Assembly: GCA_964035545.1 (NCBI GenBank)
Contig: OZ037768.1
Coordinates: 5,116,741-5,180,740 of the forward strand
Length of the DNA stretch: 64,000 nucleotides
Reading direction: 5' to 3'
Source of the DNA: Bugula neritina
Lineage: Eukaryota; Animalia; Bryozoa
The position numbers and the translations under genes were made by a program. This document shows, one piece after another, positions 14,887 to 38,370 of the stretch. Under the pieces are notes generated by a model. That model ran no database searches. It saw only the letters and a list, made by a program, of their open reading frames with translations, and was not told the origin of the DNA. The stretch's first letter is position 1; every line of letters begins with the position of its first letter.

Positions 14887-17376
14887 GAACTTTATGACTT
14901 TATCACTGTTGGCTGTAATTTCAAATTTGGAAATTTTATAAAATAATTCAGTTAACAAACAAAAACATTACATAACTCTTCGACTAGCAAATGAGCTGAT
15001 TTTATAAATATTAAATAATACTAAGTCTCATAGTTATAAATTAAAACAAAGTAATACTTATATGCTTACAGTTCTAGTTCTAGTTCTACTTCTACTTAAC
15101 TGTAGTATATTCTAAGATACTGCTATAACTTAAACTCATAGCTAATTAGTAATTACTAATTATGTGATACTGATAATAAAACTAAATGTAATAGTAATAC
15201 TAATATTAATAACAATGTCAATAGTAAATGTAATACTCATACTTATTCACTAATTGTTACTGACAGTGAGTGTGACTTACTCTAACTCTTGCTGAAAATT
15301 TCACTTTAGAACCACCAGCCAAATCTTACAGTATGTGCAACAGTTACACTTACTCTGACTCTAAGTCTAACAGTAACACTGACTCTAAGTCAAACTCAAA
15401 GTGAAAGGGACTACAAAATGAAAATGAAAATAAAAGCCAAAAAGTAAACCTCAAGTTTATTTAATATTTTTAACTAGCTTTTATTTTTATTTCAACTTTT
15501 AAGGCTTGCTCGTAATAAATCAAGTCAAGTGACTAACTTTGTGGTGATATGTGATTATAGTTTTAATTTAATCACCATTATAGCTATTTATAAATGATTA
15601 TTATATTTTATATAAACATTATATTATTTTTATTTTATATTATTTTGTCTACGTTCAAAATAAGTATTTAGCCAGCGATTCTTTTGACCGGAAGCTTGTA
15701 GTCTTAGAACTTAGCTAGGTAAATTCTAGAGATAGATAACTCCTAAAACTCGGATCAACAACGGCTATAATATATGTAAATATTACTATAATTATATTAA
15801 AGTTAGGTAATATATCCTTATAAGCTATAGCTAAAAGATAAAATAGTTGGACTGTTCAAAAATTTTAATAAAACATGTAAACTGAATAATCCAGTTGCTC
15901 TTTAGGAGGCTAAAAATTCGAGCTGACAGTGCTGCTCATGGCAACCAAGGAACATTTGTATGCATGGTAGTAATTATACAAAATGTGTGAGTGGTGCTTA
16001 GCATTCACAACTAATTTTACAGTTGCTTGAGTAGTCTACGGTCTACAGTGGAGGGCCTTTTTCATAAAGGAAGGGGAGGTTTCCCAAAAGCGCTTGAAAA
16101 CAGCAGTCAATAATATTTTGTTTAATACTTTAGAAACAGCCATGCAACAACTCTTCCTTTATTTTTTATTGCATTGTGCAAACAGCATTTATATATTATT
16201 AGCTGCATGAGCAAGAAACTATTTAGTTGACCCATTTAGTTAAGTAACAAATACTCATCATTATTGTTAGCTTAATATATTTTAAGTAAATTAGTTTTAT
16301 GAAAAAGCAATATGAAAGCATATTACACACTCCTAAAATGCAAATATTGGCTACTGATGAAAATGGGTGAAAGTAGCAAGATTACTGCTACTACTTTGAA
16401 CAATGGAGGTTTTTGTGGGCATAACCACATATTTTTGTCACAATAATCAATGTTTTATTCAAACCATTTAAATTTTAATTAACCATGCAATGGGAACGCA
16501 GAAAATCTGCCAACAATGTAATACAATGCGGTTTGGTTGCATGCTGTAAAAAAGCAATATATTGAAGTATAGGCTTGACAAATTTTAAGCAGTTGCATAA
16601 ACTTTTCCAACCAGCCTATAAAAACGTATGTCTCCAAATTATGAGCTACTGATGGAGTATTGCCACTGAAATGCTATCAGCTTATAATAATATTTACCAG
16701 CTAGGGGCTGGTCATCAGTTATAAGTAGGGTCGACTGTACTATACAATATTTTTTCATCTAAGATATTATGACCACAATTATTACTATGATAATTTATCT
16801 TGTGACAAATGCAAATATTTTTTAAATTATAACACAATACTGCAATTGCATACAATGGTACTAGGTTTCATACAAAATAGGCCCAATAAAACTTTCGCTA
16901 GCAGATGCTTTATTAGAAAGTTGATAAAAAAGTAATTGGATAATATTACACAGTTTATCTTTGAGAGGTTAACAGACAAAAAACGTAGAAATAAATAAAT
17001 GAATAAAAAATTTGGAAAGAGCCAAAATTTGTCTGTACAATATACAACTAACCATATAAATTAGACCAATTTGTAAAAGTAAGTTACAAATTAGGAACTA
17101 GATTTTTATGTAATTATTTAATTAAATGTTGACCAGATTGATAACATTTGACATAATAGAGGTGATGAGTTCACCTTCATGAAAACATAACCTAACAGTA
17201 TCCATCCACTATAATATAGAAACAGCAAGAAAATATATAATGTAGGTCATAACAGAGCTGAATCAAATCTGAAATCTAGTGAACATTACCCACACATTAC
17301 AACAATACACTGAATTAAGATCACAGATCAGTCAATAAGTACAAATATGTTTGACGAAGCAGTATTATGAGTATAT

Positions 17377-27781
<10,405 letters not shown>

Positions 27782-29099
27782 CTGTAACATTCAGCAGTCA
27801 CATTGAACACTAAACTAAATTAAGCTATGCACACCTGTTCCGATTCTAACTTGGTAAACCAATGATTTGGGAGAGTCAAAATTTATTTTAATCTATAAAT
27901 AAACAAATAAGTAAAGTATTGGAATTGGGACTTCAAATAATTGGGCCCAAGGGCCTTAAATGGAAGCTATTTATACAAACCATGTGCTGCATTTTTTAAA
28001 ACTTTATTTTCTGCCTACCGTTTAAGGACTTTTAATACTTACCCTTGCAGATTATAAAAATTGAAACAGCTTGCTGATGCACAACTATTCTAGTTTTGAT
28101 AGGTATAAAATTACCTCAGAACAAGGACCATTTACATATTTACAAAAAAAAACCTTAAGTGTTAGCCAAACTAGAATAGCTGCATCTGATTATTCCATTT
28201 GCTTTCCGGTTCAAAACTTTTCAACATATGCAAATAACCCGAATTAAAACCTGGGACAAACTCAACCAACACAACTAACATTACAAATTGACTAACACTT
28301 GTGGAAACCAAAACATTCAACACGAAAATGTGCGAAGCTTTTTGAATCCAAATAGCCAAAGAGCATTTAGAAATAAGCCAAGGGGTATTTACAATATACC
28401 CCAAGATTTACTAACTTATAGGCAACATATGGAAACCTGTGCTAAATCCTATAAAGCACAACCACAGTGAAAGTATTAGCAAGAGTTTTTATTTTAAACA
28501 ACACAAACTCCCACAACAAATGCAGACTTGCATACAAATAAAATTCTGTAAACTGCTTTTCCTGCATATTTGTTTAATATTGAGATTGATCTTTACCTGA
28601 AGAGTTTCTACCAGATTTCTTTAAATAACTGTGTAGAGTAAGTTGTTTTTTGGAGCTCATGCTACAAAATTTGCGTAACTTGTATAATACAATCAAATAA
28701 AATCAAACTACATTTGCACTAACAAACAATAACTGTATTGACTGATTTTCCAACACATCAGGAAATTGAAAAATTCACATGCTTTTGGAAACAGATAGAT
28801 TATTTAATTCTAAACCTGTTATTCCAAACCAAAAGTGAAGGATATAAACAGCAAAATTTAAACTACTATATGACTACCCATTATTTCTGCCAATAAAAGC
28901 TAGTCTATGTTGCTTCCAACTTCTGAGAAGGTAACTTACCTTATAAAAATATTGCATTCACTACTAAAAGTAAATAATGATTAGGAATAACTAAATGTAG
29001 ACAAGAGCATACATGCTATGCACTACTTGTCAAACAATAGCATGGGTCAGGAAGTACCCTAGAAGTATATGTCAATAAAAATAAAATGACTTCAAATTT

Positions 29100-30300
29100 A
29101 TAGTTATAGTCTATGTTAGTAAAGCCCTAAATGTCAATTACATTTAGTATAATACTTGTGGAGTCATACTGCTATAGCATATAACTGAAACTTAAAGAAT
29201 ATCACTAAATACAACTATTAGTATTAATATAACTACACTATGTAATAGTAATACTATTCTAATTGCATATTGTTATGCTACAACTATAGTCATAGTATTA
29301 GTAGTATTACTATTACATAGTGGTAGTCATACTCAAGAGTATTATTCATACTGAAACTCCGAGTTTCACAGACTATAGTATAGTTACTATTATCAATATT
29401 ATAGTTATACTTATACTGTATACCCTTAGTCTTACAGTAACACCAAATGACTGAGTCTACAGCCAAAGGAGTAAACTAAAACTCAAACTGCAAAAAGTAA
29501 ACTAAATTAAAATGTAATACAGAATACTAAATCTAATTGAGTAATAGTAATAATTATAGTAGTAGTAACTGCAATAGAAATTATAATACTAAGTTTAATA
29601 GTAATAGTAATACTAATTACAATACTTGAAGTTATTCCTCATCTTATATGTATACTTATAGTTACACTTACTCTTAGCCTTATAGTTATAGTTATACTAA
29701 ATGAGTGTAAATCAAATACTTGTGTTATACTTATACTTATAGTTAATAACTGATAAGATTGACTATTGAGTCTAGAGACACCGTGAACTGAATGTGATAG
29801 TTAATGTTATACTTATACTCATAACTTATAGTTTATGTTATTGTTATACTTATAGTACTACATTTTAATTTAGATCACTATTACTATTACTATTAGTATT
29901 AGTTGTAGAAGTTGAAGTCTCAGTTTACAATATTAATTGTAACTTAAATTATATTTATAATATTAATAGTATTATAAAATACTAGTAGTGCTACTATTAG
30001 TATTAGTATTACTATTAGACTTAGTATTACTATTACTATTAGCATAACTACATATATGATTTAATTTTATTGTGAATATCAATATCAATATTTTAACCTA
30101 TATTATTAATATAAAAGTTGTTATAATATACATTGAGTTTGACATTCACATACTGATATTGATACCCATAGAATAAGAATTAAATTTGGAAGCAAGTGCA
30201 ACTTGAAAGTTAATCTCAGGCTCAACGTAACACTCATACTTAATAGTTAATACTAATACTAATAGTGATAGTCATACTGATACTCATGCTCATGCTGATA
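29100..30300. repeat. Degenerate 6-bp periodic A(C/G)T-NAT tract, KAT6 5' region
   Basis: e.g. agttatacttatacttatagtt; actaatactaatagtgatagtcatactgatactcatgctcat. Confidence 0.8.
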
Positions 30301-30399
30301 GCAAGAGGACGTTAAACTTGAAGTTATGCCTTGAGCGGTTAACGGTTGATAAAATTTCAGCAGCTGTATAGACATAGGTAATTGTGAGGATAATGTGTT

Positions 30400-30950
30400 T
30401 ATATGGTTTTACCTATGTTATGGTGAATCATAATCATTATTGTGCCCGATTGTAATAAGCAATGAAATCATCCAACGACCGATACGTATACCCAGAATAC
30501 ATCAGGATTAGAAATCCAGAAGAGCGAAAACTAAAACATGGCCGACTATGTAATATTCATCCGCGAAAATATAAATTCAACTATTTCTGCCAAGCAGACA
30601 ACTTGAGTAATTTATTACTTTTATATATATAGTGATTGATAAACGTGTAAAATACAATTTAAAAAAAGATCAACATTTTTTTGTTATTTTGATAATTATT
30701 TTTATTTTTCTTTGAGCGTAAAAATAGTATTTTTAGAGTTGTACTTTCTTGATGTTTGTACTGGGACAACTTGAATCTCCAATCACAGCTTCATAGAGTA
30801 TAAAACTCCATCAATTGCGGTTTTACGGCCTTATAAATTTGGTGCGGCTTACGAGTGATCGTGCATCACAAGCTTATGGTCCCGTCTTGGGTCTTGGTGC
30901 TACATAAATCATCGTGATTGTGGTTTTTAGTCTTATTTCCTCAAGCCTAT
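30400..30950. promoter_or_regulatory. Probable bidirectional promoter region of KAT6 (-) and VPS37 (+)
   Basis: Locally CpG-richer, non-repetitive island between divergent genes, with a YY1-like AAAACATGGCCG at ~30533-30544; flanked on both sides by hexamer-periodic tracts. TSSs are inferred, not seen. Confidence 0.55.
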
Positions 30951-32045
30951 CACTTAGTATCAGTATGACTATTAGTATTATCTTAATAGAACACGATAAT
31001 AATAATTAATAATGATACATTTTCATTTTGATTGTGGTTGTTACTAAATCTAATACTATTAATTCGAGTTTGATAGACTCGATCTCATAGACTTGAACTT
31101 GAAGTAATACTAATACTTAATCTTATACTAATACTATTAGTATTACTCTCACTCACTATTAGTATTAGTATTACTATTACTATTAGTAATACAAATAGTA
31201 ATACCATTACTATTAGTATTAGTAATATTACTATTAATATTACCATTACTATTAGTATTAGCATTATGATTATTCATTATGATTATATTATTTCAATTAA
31301 TAGCATTGTAATACTAATTCAGTAATAGTAATACTAATACTAATAGTAATATTAATAGTTATAATAATTACTGTAATAGTAATACTAATACTAATAGTAG
31401 ATGTAATACTAATACTAATAGTAATACTAATACACTTACACTTACAGTATGAGTAATACTTATACTAATACTAATACAGTAATAGTAATACTAATAGTAA
31501 TACTAATAGTAATACTAATTGTAATACTAATGTCTAATACTAATACTAATAGTAATAGTAATAATTATACTAATACTTAGTCTTATAGTTATACTTATAC
31601 TGTTACTAACTTATAGTTATGGTAAATGTAATACTAAGTATAATAGTAATACTAATAGTAATAGGAATAGTAATAGTATTACTATTAGTAATACTGATAC
31701 TAAGTGAAAAGTCTATAATACTAATAGTAATACTAATAGTAATACTGATTCACTAATCAGTGATGAGTAATGGTAATACTAATAGTAATACTAATACTAA
31801 TTGAGTAATACTAATTGCCAATTGGTAATAGTAATACTAATAGTAATACTAATAGTTATAGTAAATCAAATTGTAACAGTAAGTCAGTTAGTAAGTCAAA
31901 GTGTAACACTAACCTAAAATTAGTAATACCAATTAAGTAATACTAATACTAATAGTTATAGTAATTGTAATAGTAATACTTATACTTATAGTTAATGGTA
32001 TTGCCATAGACTTATAGTTATAGTTATACTTATACAGTAATTATT
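30950..32045. repeat. 6-bp periodic (ACTAAT/AGTAAT)n tract with inverted (AGTATT/ACTATT) block, VPS37 5' region
   Basis: Long run agtaatactaatactaatagtaat...; reverse-complement block at ~31130-31260. Confidence 0.9.
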
Positions 32046-32232
32046 AAAATTGTTTAAGCTAGGTTTTGAGGTCAGCATGAATAAGGATAAATAAAATTCA
32101 ACCTAGAGTTTATTTTGATTAAAAGGGATTGGCATACTGTATTACTCTATTAGCACTGGACCTAAAAATAGTTCTCACTTGAAGTTTTCATCTCTTGTCA
32201 CATGTTTGATTTAAATTTTAGTAAATTTCATC

Positions 32233-34375
32233 ATGCAGAGAGACAATACATTAGTTCGAATAAGTTCGAAGGCTAATAACCTAACTTTAGATGAACAAGC
32301 TGCTTTAGGAGTGCTTAAGTATTTGGAAAAAGATGAACTGCAAGAACTTAACGACAGTGAAGAGAAGTTAGAAGACTTGATATCCGATCAACAACAGGTA
32401 GAATTTTCAGAAGGTTGCTGATTGTTCAGCTCCTCCTTGTATACAAAGAGGAAGATTTTCTTCATTTTGAGTGTGAAATTTAGTTGACTGTTTACTGGTG
32501 AACTGTTATCTATTGCAGTGCAATAGTACAGATCATAAGCTAATACTTGAATTATCTGGTTCATATACTATTACAATGTGTTAGTCAAAAATTTAAAGTT
32601 ATAGTTTATGGTGCCCAGAATAAATTTCTGTTAACTTTTGATGTGTTGACTTAAACTTTCAAGTTTTCTAGATGTTCTAGTGTAAATAGACTGAGGGAAC
32701 TTATGCTCATATTTATTTAGTTTATGTTGATTGCAGGTCAAAAATTTAGCGGTTGACAAAGAGATTATAGTGGCTAGTAACAAAAGTTTAGCTGAATATA
32801 ATTTGCAAATGGAGCCAAAGCTTCGACAAGGTCGAGAATACCTTGCTTTACAGTATGAGAAAGCCAGCAAGCTGAAAGAAGAATATGATACCTTACGATC
32901 TGTCTTAGGTAAATTAAATTGTTGTATTACTCTTTTCTGGTTTGGCTGTGCTCTTTCGACTACAGAATATGGATGACTGTATAATAAATAAAACATAGCT
33001 GAAATGCCAAATGCCTTTACAAAAAACAAAGAGTTTGATGTACCAACATCAAAATTTTTTAGTCATATATTAAGTTAAATTATTTGATATGCATTTTATT
33101 GAACATATTTCAAACATAATATTTTAATCCTTCTAATTTACACTCTTTCAGTTTGACCAAAGAAACCATTTTTGACAGATAGTATCATATTGTCTTACTT
33201 GTAGACTCAAATCCACGTGGCCAAACTTTGGATACAACACACGCTTTACTGCAAACTAAAGCTGCCCAAAGTGAAGAAGAAACAGATGTAAGTGATAATT
33301 TACAGTACCATTAATAGATTCAAATGCATTTTTTGTAAATAAATTATGCTGCTATGATTTGCATCCTATAAGAATTCAAGTGATACAGCTAATTTAGTGT
33401 TATAATATTTACAAGTATTAGAATGAATAAATCCTGGTGTATCATTGTAGATAGGTTTGTTTAGGGTCTGGTGTTTTATCACAGTAGTGTGGATCCCATA
33501 GCAAGCTAGGCTTGAACTAACATCTAAAAAATATTTAAAATGGCAATATGTTGTGAACCATTCTGATGGTTACATAATCATTAAATTTGTTGACAGATTG
33601 TAAAGTTGCAACTTATATGTAATAATACATTACTACATACACATATCTAGTATCTACACAGGCATTTGCTGTAGTTTCATATTTACTACTTTTAGTGTCA
33701 ATGCAAGATAACTTTTTTTGTAACGTAAATTACAATTTGTAAATTTCCATTCCTGAAAATTTCAATTTGAGATATGTAGGCGTGGGTGTTGAACTTATGT
33801 ATTTATCTTTCATAGCAGTTTTTATTGAATTATGGTTTTTAAAATCTGTGATGCAACTATCAAAGCTCTTTCACAAATTTGAATGGTTGCTGATTTTTTG
33901 GACAACAACTTTCATTGCAAGAATAGCTCACAGATTATGTTTAAGCATCATGTTTCATGTCGTATAAAAACCAACCATATGCTATGTCCTTTCTATCTAT
34001 TTAGAAAATTCCGGAAATTTTACACCTCATGCCTGATGCTGCATTGTATAGTTTATGAAAAATCAGTTATTTGTTGCAATTGTTTTTCAGCGATTAAGTG
34101 AGTCTTTTCTGGATAAGAAGATTGATTGCGATGCGTTTTTGGACCGATATATTGAGGAACGGACGCATACTCATTTGTTGAAGATAAAATCAGAGAAGCT
34201 GGGAGAAATGATACAGCAACACACAAATTATAGTACATGGGGAGGCAGTACTTCTGCTCCAAATTTGCCCCCACGTCATGCAAGTTTCATGCCTCCTAGA
34301 GCTCCAGCTAATACTCCTTATCCTCTGTACAATACTGCAATGCCACAACTACAAATGCCACCAGTGTCAAACTAA
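32233..34375 (+). CDS. VPS37: ESCRT-I subunit VPS37B/C-like (Mod(r) domain), 4 exons, ~234 aa
   Basis: Exons 32233-32397, 32737-32908, 33205-33287, 34091-34375 (705 nt). Motifs ASNKSLAEYNLQMEP, LLQTKAAQSEEETD, ESFLDKKIDCDAFLDRYIEERTHTHLLKIKSEKL, followed by a Pro-rich tail. Confidence 0.92.
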
Positions 34376-34695
34376 ACAATGTTTGTTTATAGATCCATAG
34401 TTTTCACTTGATAAATATTTAGAATTTTAATTACAAGTTAGCAACCAAGCTGATATGTTATAAATGTAACCATTGTAATCTATAATTTGTTTTTATCATG
34501 GTTTACTTCAGCATAGTATGGTTAGTTATTTAAAACGTGTTGGGAAATGCTTATCTACTATGTATGTACTATTATTTCAGTTATATTATGGTCGTGCAAA
34601 TAAAATATAGTTTATTTTTTTACACTCATAGAAATTAATAAATAAATATAAAGCATTAAAAAATAAAACTTTCAACTAGTTTTGCACTACTATTA

Positions 34696-35436
34696 TCAAG
34701 TTTCTTTTTTATTATTCTGTCGTGACACTGGAGAGTGTTCTAAATCTTTAACTATTTTACTATCATAAATAAGCAGTGTTGCAGTAAAAAGAAAACAGAC
34801 CACAACAAAAAATATTTTATCTGTTTTCACTTCTTTCAGATACTCTGTAGCATGGTCAGAAAAGTTTTCACCGTGTAAATATTTGTGTTTCTTAGTCTTT
34901 TTCTCAGTTGACTGCTTTGATTGCTTCTTTTTGAATTCCCTGAGAACATGTTCGCCATAATGCTGTCTATAAAATTCATCAAAATCATAGAACCTTGTTT
35001 TTCCTGTCATAATTGGTCCTCTTCCCTTAAAACGCTGATTGCGAAAGCTGTCTGCTTTAGTAGAGTCTTTAGAGTCATTGTCTGCATATGATAAAGTAGA
35101 TTTCAACAACCCACGATCATAACGCTTGCGAGACAGAGAGTTGCCCAGTATATCATATGCTTCGGTAAGCTCATGAAACTTTTCAACAGACCCTCTACTA
35201 CTGCCAACACTGGAATCTGGGTGGTATACTTTTGACAATTGATAAAAGGCGGCCTTGATTTCACTATGAGTAGCCTTTGGAGTAATTCCTAGAACATCGT
35301 AGTAGTAAGTGGCACTTTCTCTTTTGAGAGATTTCGAACTAGAGCTATAAAGACATTTATGTAGTTTCATCATTGTAAACGAAAGTGTGTCCATGCCACC
35401 ATAACAGACCTTCACAGTCTTTGCAACTGTAATCAT
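34696..35436 (-). CDS. DNAJC30: Mitochondrial J-domain protein, DNAJC30-like, single coding exon
   Basis: J domain YYDVLGI...AFYQLSKVYHPD...FHELTEAYDILGN...RKRYD, downstream FYDFDEFYRQHYG motif and a C-terminal hydrophobic TM segment. An acceptor at 35459-35460 puts the first ATG at 35436; the ORF-track start at 35496 is probably intronic. Confidence 0.85.
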   Translation of the reverse strand: MITVAKTVKVCYGGMDTLSFTMMKLHKCLYSSSSKSLKRESATYYYDVLGITPKATHSEIKAAFYQLSKVYHPDSSVGSSRGSVEKFHELTEAYDILGNSLSRKRYDRGLLKSTLSYADNDSKDSTKADSFRNQRFKGRGPIMTGKTRFYDFDEFYRQHYGEHVLREFKKKQSKQSTEKKTKKHKYLHGENFSDHATEYLKEVKTDKIFFVVVCFLFTATLLIYDSKIVKDLEHSPVSRQNNKKET

Positions 35437-36375
35437 AATGACTATGAACTTCAGCTTTCTAAAAAGAAAATTAAATAAACTTTTAGCAATGAACATTAGA
35501 AATGCAGAACATATTTATTTATGTACATCATATAATATTCTCATTGCAATCAATAGAGAATATGATTGGTTTAAGTATCGTAAAATACAAACTATTTATT
35601 ACTAGTAACATGGTGGAACTTGCAGAAACTGTTTGAATCATTTGTGTCATTACACAAATTTATTCAATGGACCTACATAAATGGACAAAAGCTTTATAGT
35701 GTGTAGTACACAAACACAATCTACTGCGCTGTAGCAGAAATCTATTATCAATCATCATTACCGCCATCACATAAAATTGAGTGACATTGAATGCAATTTA
35801 TTGAATGTTGCAAAAATTACATTTCACTAGCTTAAAGGGTTAAATTAAAAGATTCAATTATGAAATATTATTGATATAGGCTAAAATAAAAAAGATTACC
35901 AAAATATGCAGATTAAAATTGGATATGATGTTAGCTAGGCGTTATAATATATCAAAATGTCTTTTACCAGTTTGATAAATTACTAAATTAGTTACCAAAT
36001 AATATTACTATTAGTAACACTAAAACTACTAATTTAACTAATAGTAATAGCTATGCTACTCCTTTGGACTTGGTTTTGGCTTTGAAATTGATACTCATAG
36101 TCATAGTGATACTCACAGGCCATACAGATAGTCAAACTCAATATCATACATTTACTTAAAGTTAGGGTTACTCTTACTCTTCGTGATACTCACGCTGATG
36201 CTGATAGTCATAGCTGAACTAACTATTACTATTAGAATTAGTATTATTATACTTATAGTTATATTAGTATTACTATGAGTATCACTATTAGTATAAGTAT
36301 TAGTATTACTATTATACTATACTATTAGTATTAGACTATTAGTATTACTAATAGTAATAGTAATACTATTAGTAT

Positions 36376-37308
36376 TCACTCTGTACTCACTCTGTGTCGA
36401 TAGAACATTTAGATATCACAAAAATGTGTAAGTTAAATGCCTCGTTTATAACAGTGTGTTGCAGTGGGTAGGCAGTGAATCAGCATATCACTGATTTTTT
36501 TAATTATTCATGAATATTTATTCTCAAATCCCGTATTGTTCGGGGAAGGAAGCTGTTGTGGTAGACACTAGTCTTTGCAGATATTGATGTTAACTGTCCT
36601 CTGCTCGCAGCTCTAGTGGCCATAGTTGTATTTAATCGGTTGTTGACGATCTCATCATAATTAGAAGATAAAGTATTATTGCCGGTTTCATTTTCTAGAA
36701 TTTTGTGTAGTAATGTCATTCGATGGTTTCGTCTTCTGGATTCTAGTGGTACCAGTTCAAGAAGATTTCTGGCTCCAGTGACACTTTCCCGTCCTTTAAC
36801 AGTACTTATGAAGCGGACAGCTTTCCGTTGGACACTTTCTATGAATTCAATAGTCTGTTTACTGGTGGGATCCCATAGAGTGTCCCCATACTCCAGTATC
36901 GGTCGACACAGGCTAGTGTATGCCAATAATCGGTTTTTGGTAGGTGCAGAATGTAGTGTGTATTTAATAGCCCCAAGAATTTTGGTTGCTTTGCTGGTTT
37001 TTTGAGCGATGTGTTGGTCAAACTTTAGATCTTGCTGGAGCGTGATACCAAGATAGCGAGTCTTGTCTGTCCAAGGTATGTCAGCATCACCTAGTTTATA
37101 CGCGGGTGTTTGGCTTCTTTTGTTGAATGCTATTGCATGGCATTTGGATGCGTTAAATGGCATTTTCCATTTCTGCGACCATGCTTGTACAGCATCAATG
37201 GTTTTTTGAAATTCTACCGATTCCTTGTAGCAGTTGACTTCCTGGTATAAGAGGGTATCATCTGCATAAAAGCTAACGTTACAAGTTACTACATCTGGTA
37301 GATCGTTT
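36376..37308 (-). mobile_element. 5'-truncated non-LTR retrotransposon (CR1/L2-group LINE), RT C-terminal half plus 3' UTR
   Basis: Open frame 36504-37308 with NDLP...FYADDT, WKMPFNASKC, YLGITL, RPILEY, SFLPRTIRD; 3' tandem tail ACAGAGTGAGT-ACAGAGTGA. Confidence 0.92.
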
Positions 37309-37525
37309 AAAAAACTCACGCAAGTTTATAGTCACCATCCCTGTGAGAAACCCCTGATAGAAAGGGTTTTTGTTAAATCGAGCTAAGGACTTGTTTAAAT
37401 GAGGCACAGGAGCAATTATGACTGGATGCTCTTCCTAACATCACCAATGGCCTTTGTCTGGGCTCGAACCCATGACCTTCGTGTTTACCAGGCAAACGCT
37501 CTACCCCTAGACCACGGCTGCTCCC
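37309..37525 (-). mobile_element. Second copy of the tRNA(Thr)-derived SINE, abutting the 5' break of the LINE
   Basis: Reverse complement GGGAGCAGCCGTGGTCTAGGGGTAGAGCG...GGTTCGAGCCC...GCGTGAGTTTTTT, colinear with 6230-6432, with an intact B box. Confidence 0.92.
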
Positions 37526-37999
37526 TATTACTGTATTAGTATTAGAAGTAGAATAAAAATCCGTAATACTAATAGTAATACTAATAATAATACTAATAGT
37601 GATAGTAATTCCAAATTTAAACTATAAAATTAAATGATTCAATTGAAACCATTACCAAATACTAATACTGATAGTCATACTCATAGTGATACTAATTCAC
37701 TAATTTACTGTGAAGTGTAATATATTATTATTATTAATATTTATAAAATTAAAAATAAATTATAAATGTGATCTAATTTAGCATTTATAGCAATTATAAT
37801 AGCTACCATAAGTACCATCCATATTATAACTAAGTTATTATGTAAGAACCTAAAGACAAAATAATTTCAATTTGTACACTAGCAGTTATACATTAACATA
37901 CGATTACATTTTGATCTTGATTTAATTCACCACAACATAGAGTTTAACCGATTGTACATCGAATTGTTTTATAAGCAGCTCCCAGTTGGGGATGACTGA

Positions 38000-38370
38000 G
38001 TGCAGTAGTTTGGGATTATGAAGTTTAAAGTATGATCTCCAACTCCAAACTTACGAACCTTTTACTACTGTGCTCATTTATTCCTAGCTTGGTGCTGCTT
38101 ATAGAGAAACTCTTGCAAATCACTAGGCCGCTAATCAAATAATTGGCCAATCATTGCGCTTAGCTAAGTTCTTTAAAATTCGGTGTTCAATATTTACGGA
38201 AATACGTGCAGGACTACAGTACTTTTTTTACGAAATATACTAGAATGCACACAAATTTATGGTTACAAATATAACCTTCAGTGTTTTCTTTGCACAAAAC
38301 TCTAGCATAAATAATTAATAATATTATTGCCGAAGCACGTGGCTTCGCATACATCAACGTTTAAGTGAAC
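38000..38370. promoter_or_regulatory. Probable bidirectional promoter of DNAJC30 (-) and POLG (+)
   Basis: CCAAT box (ttggccaatc ~38143-38152), E-box GCACGTGG (~38335), a minus-strand donor gtaagt at ~38048-38053, and flanking hexamer tracts on both sides. Confidence 0.5.

Noticed and set aside
15654-15659. CHR element (TTTGAA, minus strand) in the LIN54 upstream region, suggesting autoregulation
   Set aside because: The hexamer is very frequent in this AT-rich DNA and the TSS is unknown; not distinguishable from chance
37440-37525. Functional nuclear tRNA-Thr gene
   Set aside because: Acceptor stem does not close, and the head continues into a body shared with the TSD-flanked copy at 6230, so it is a SINE
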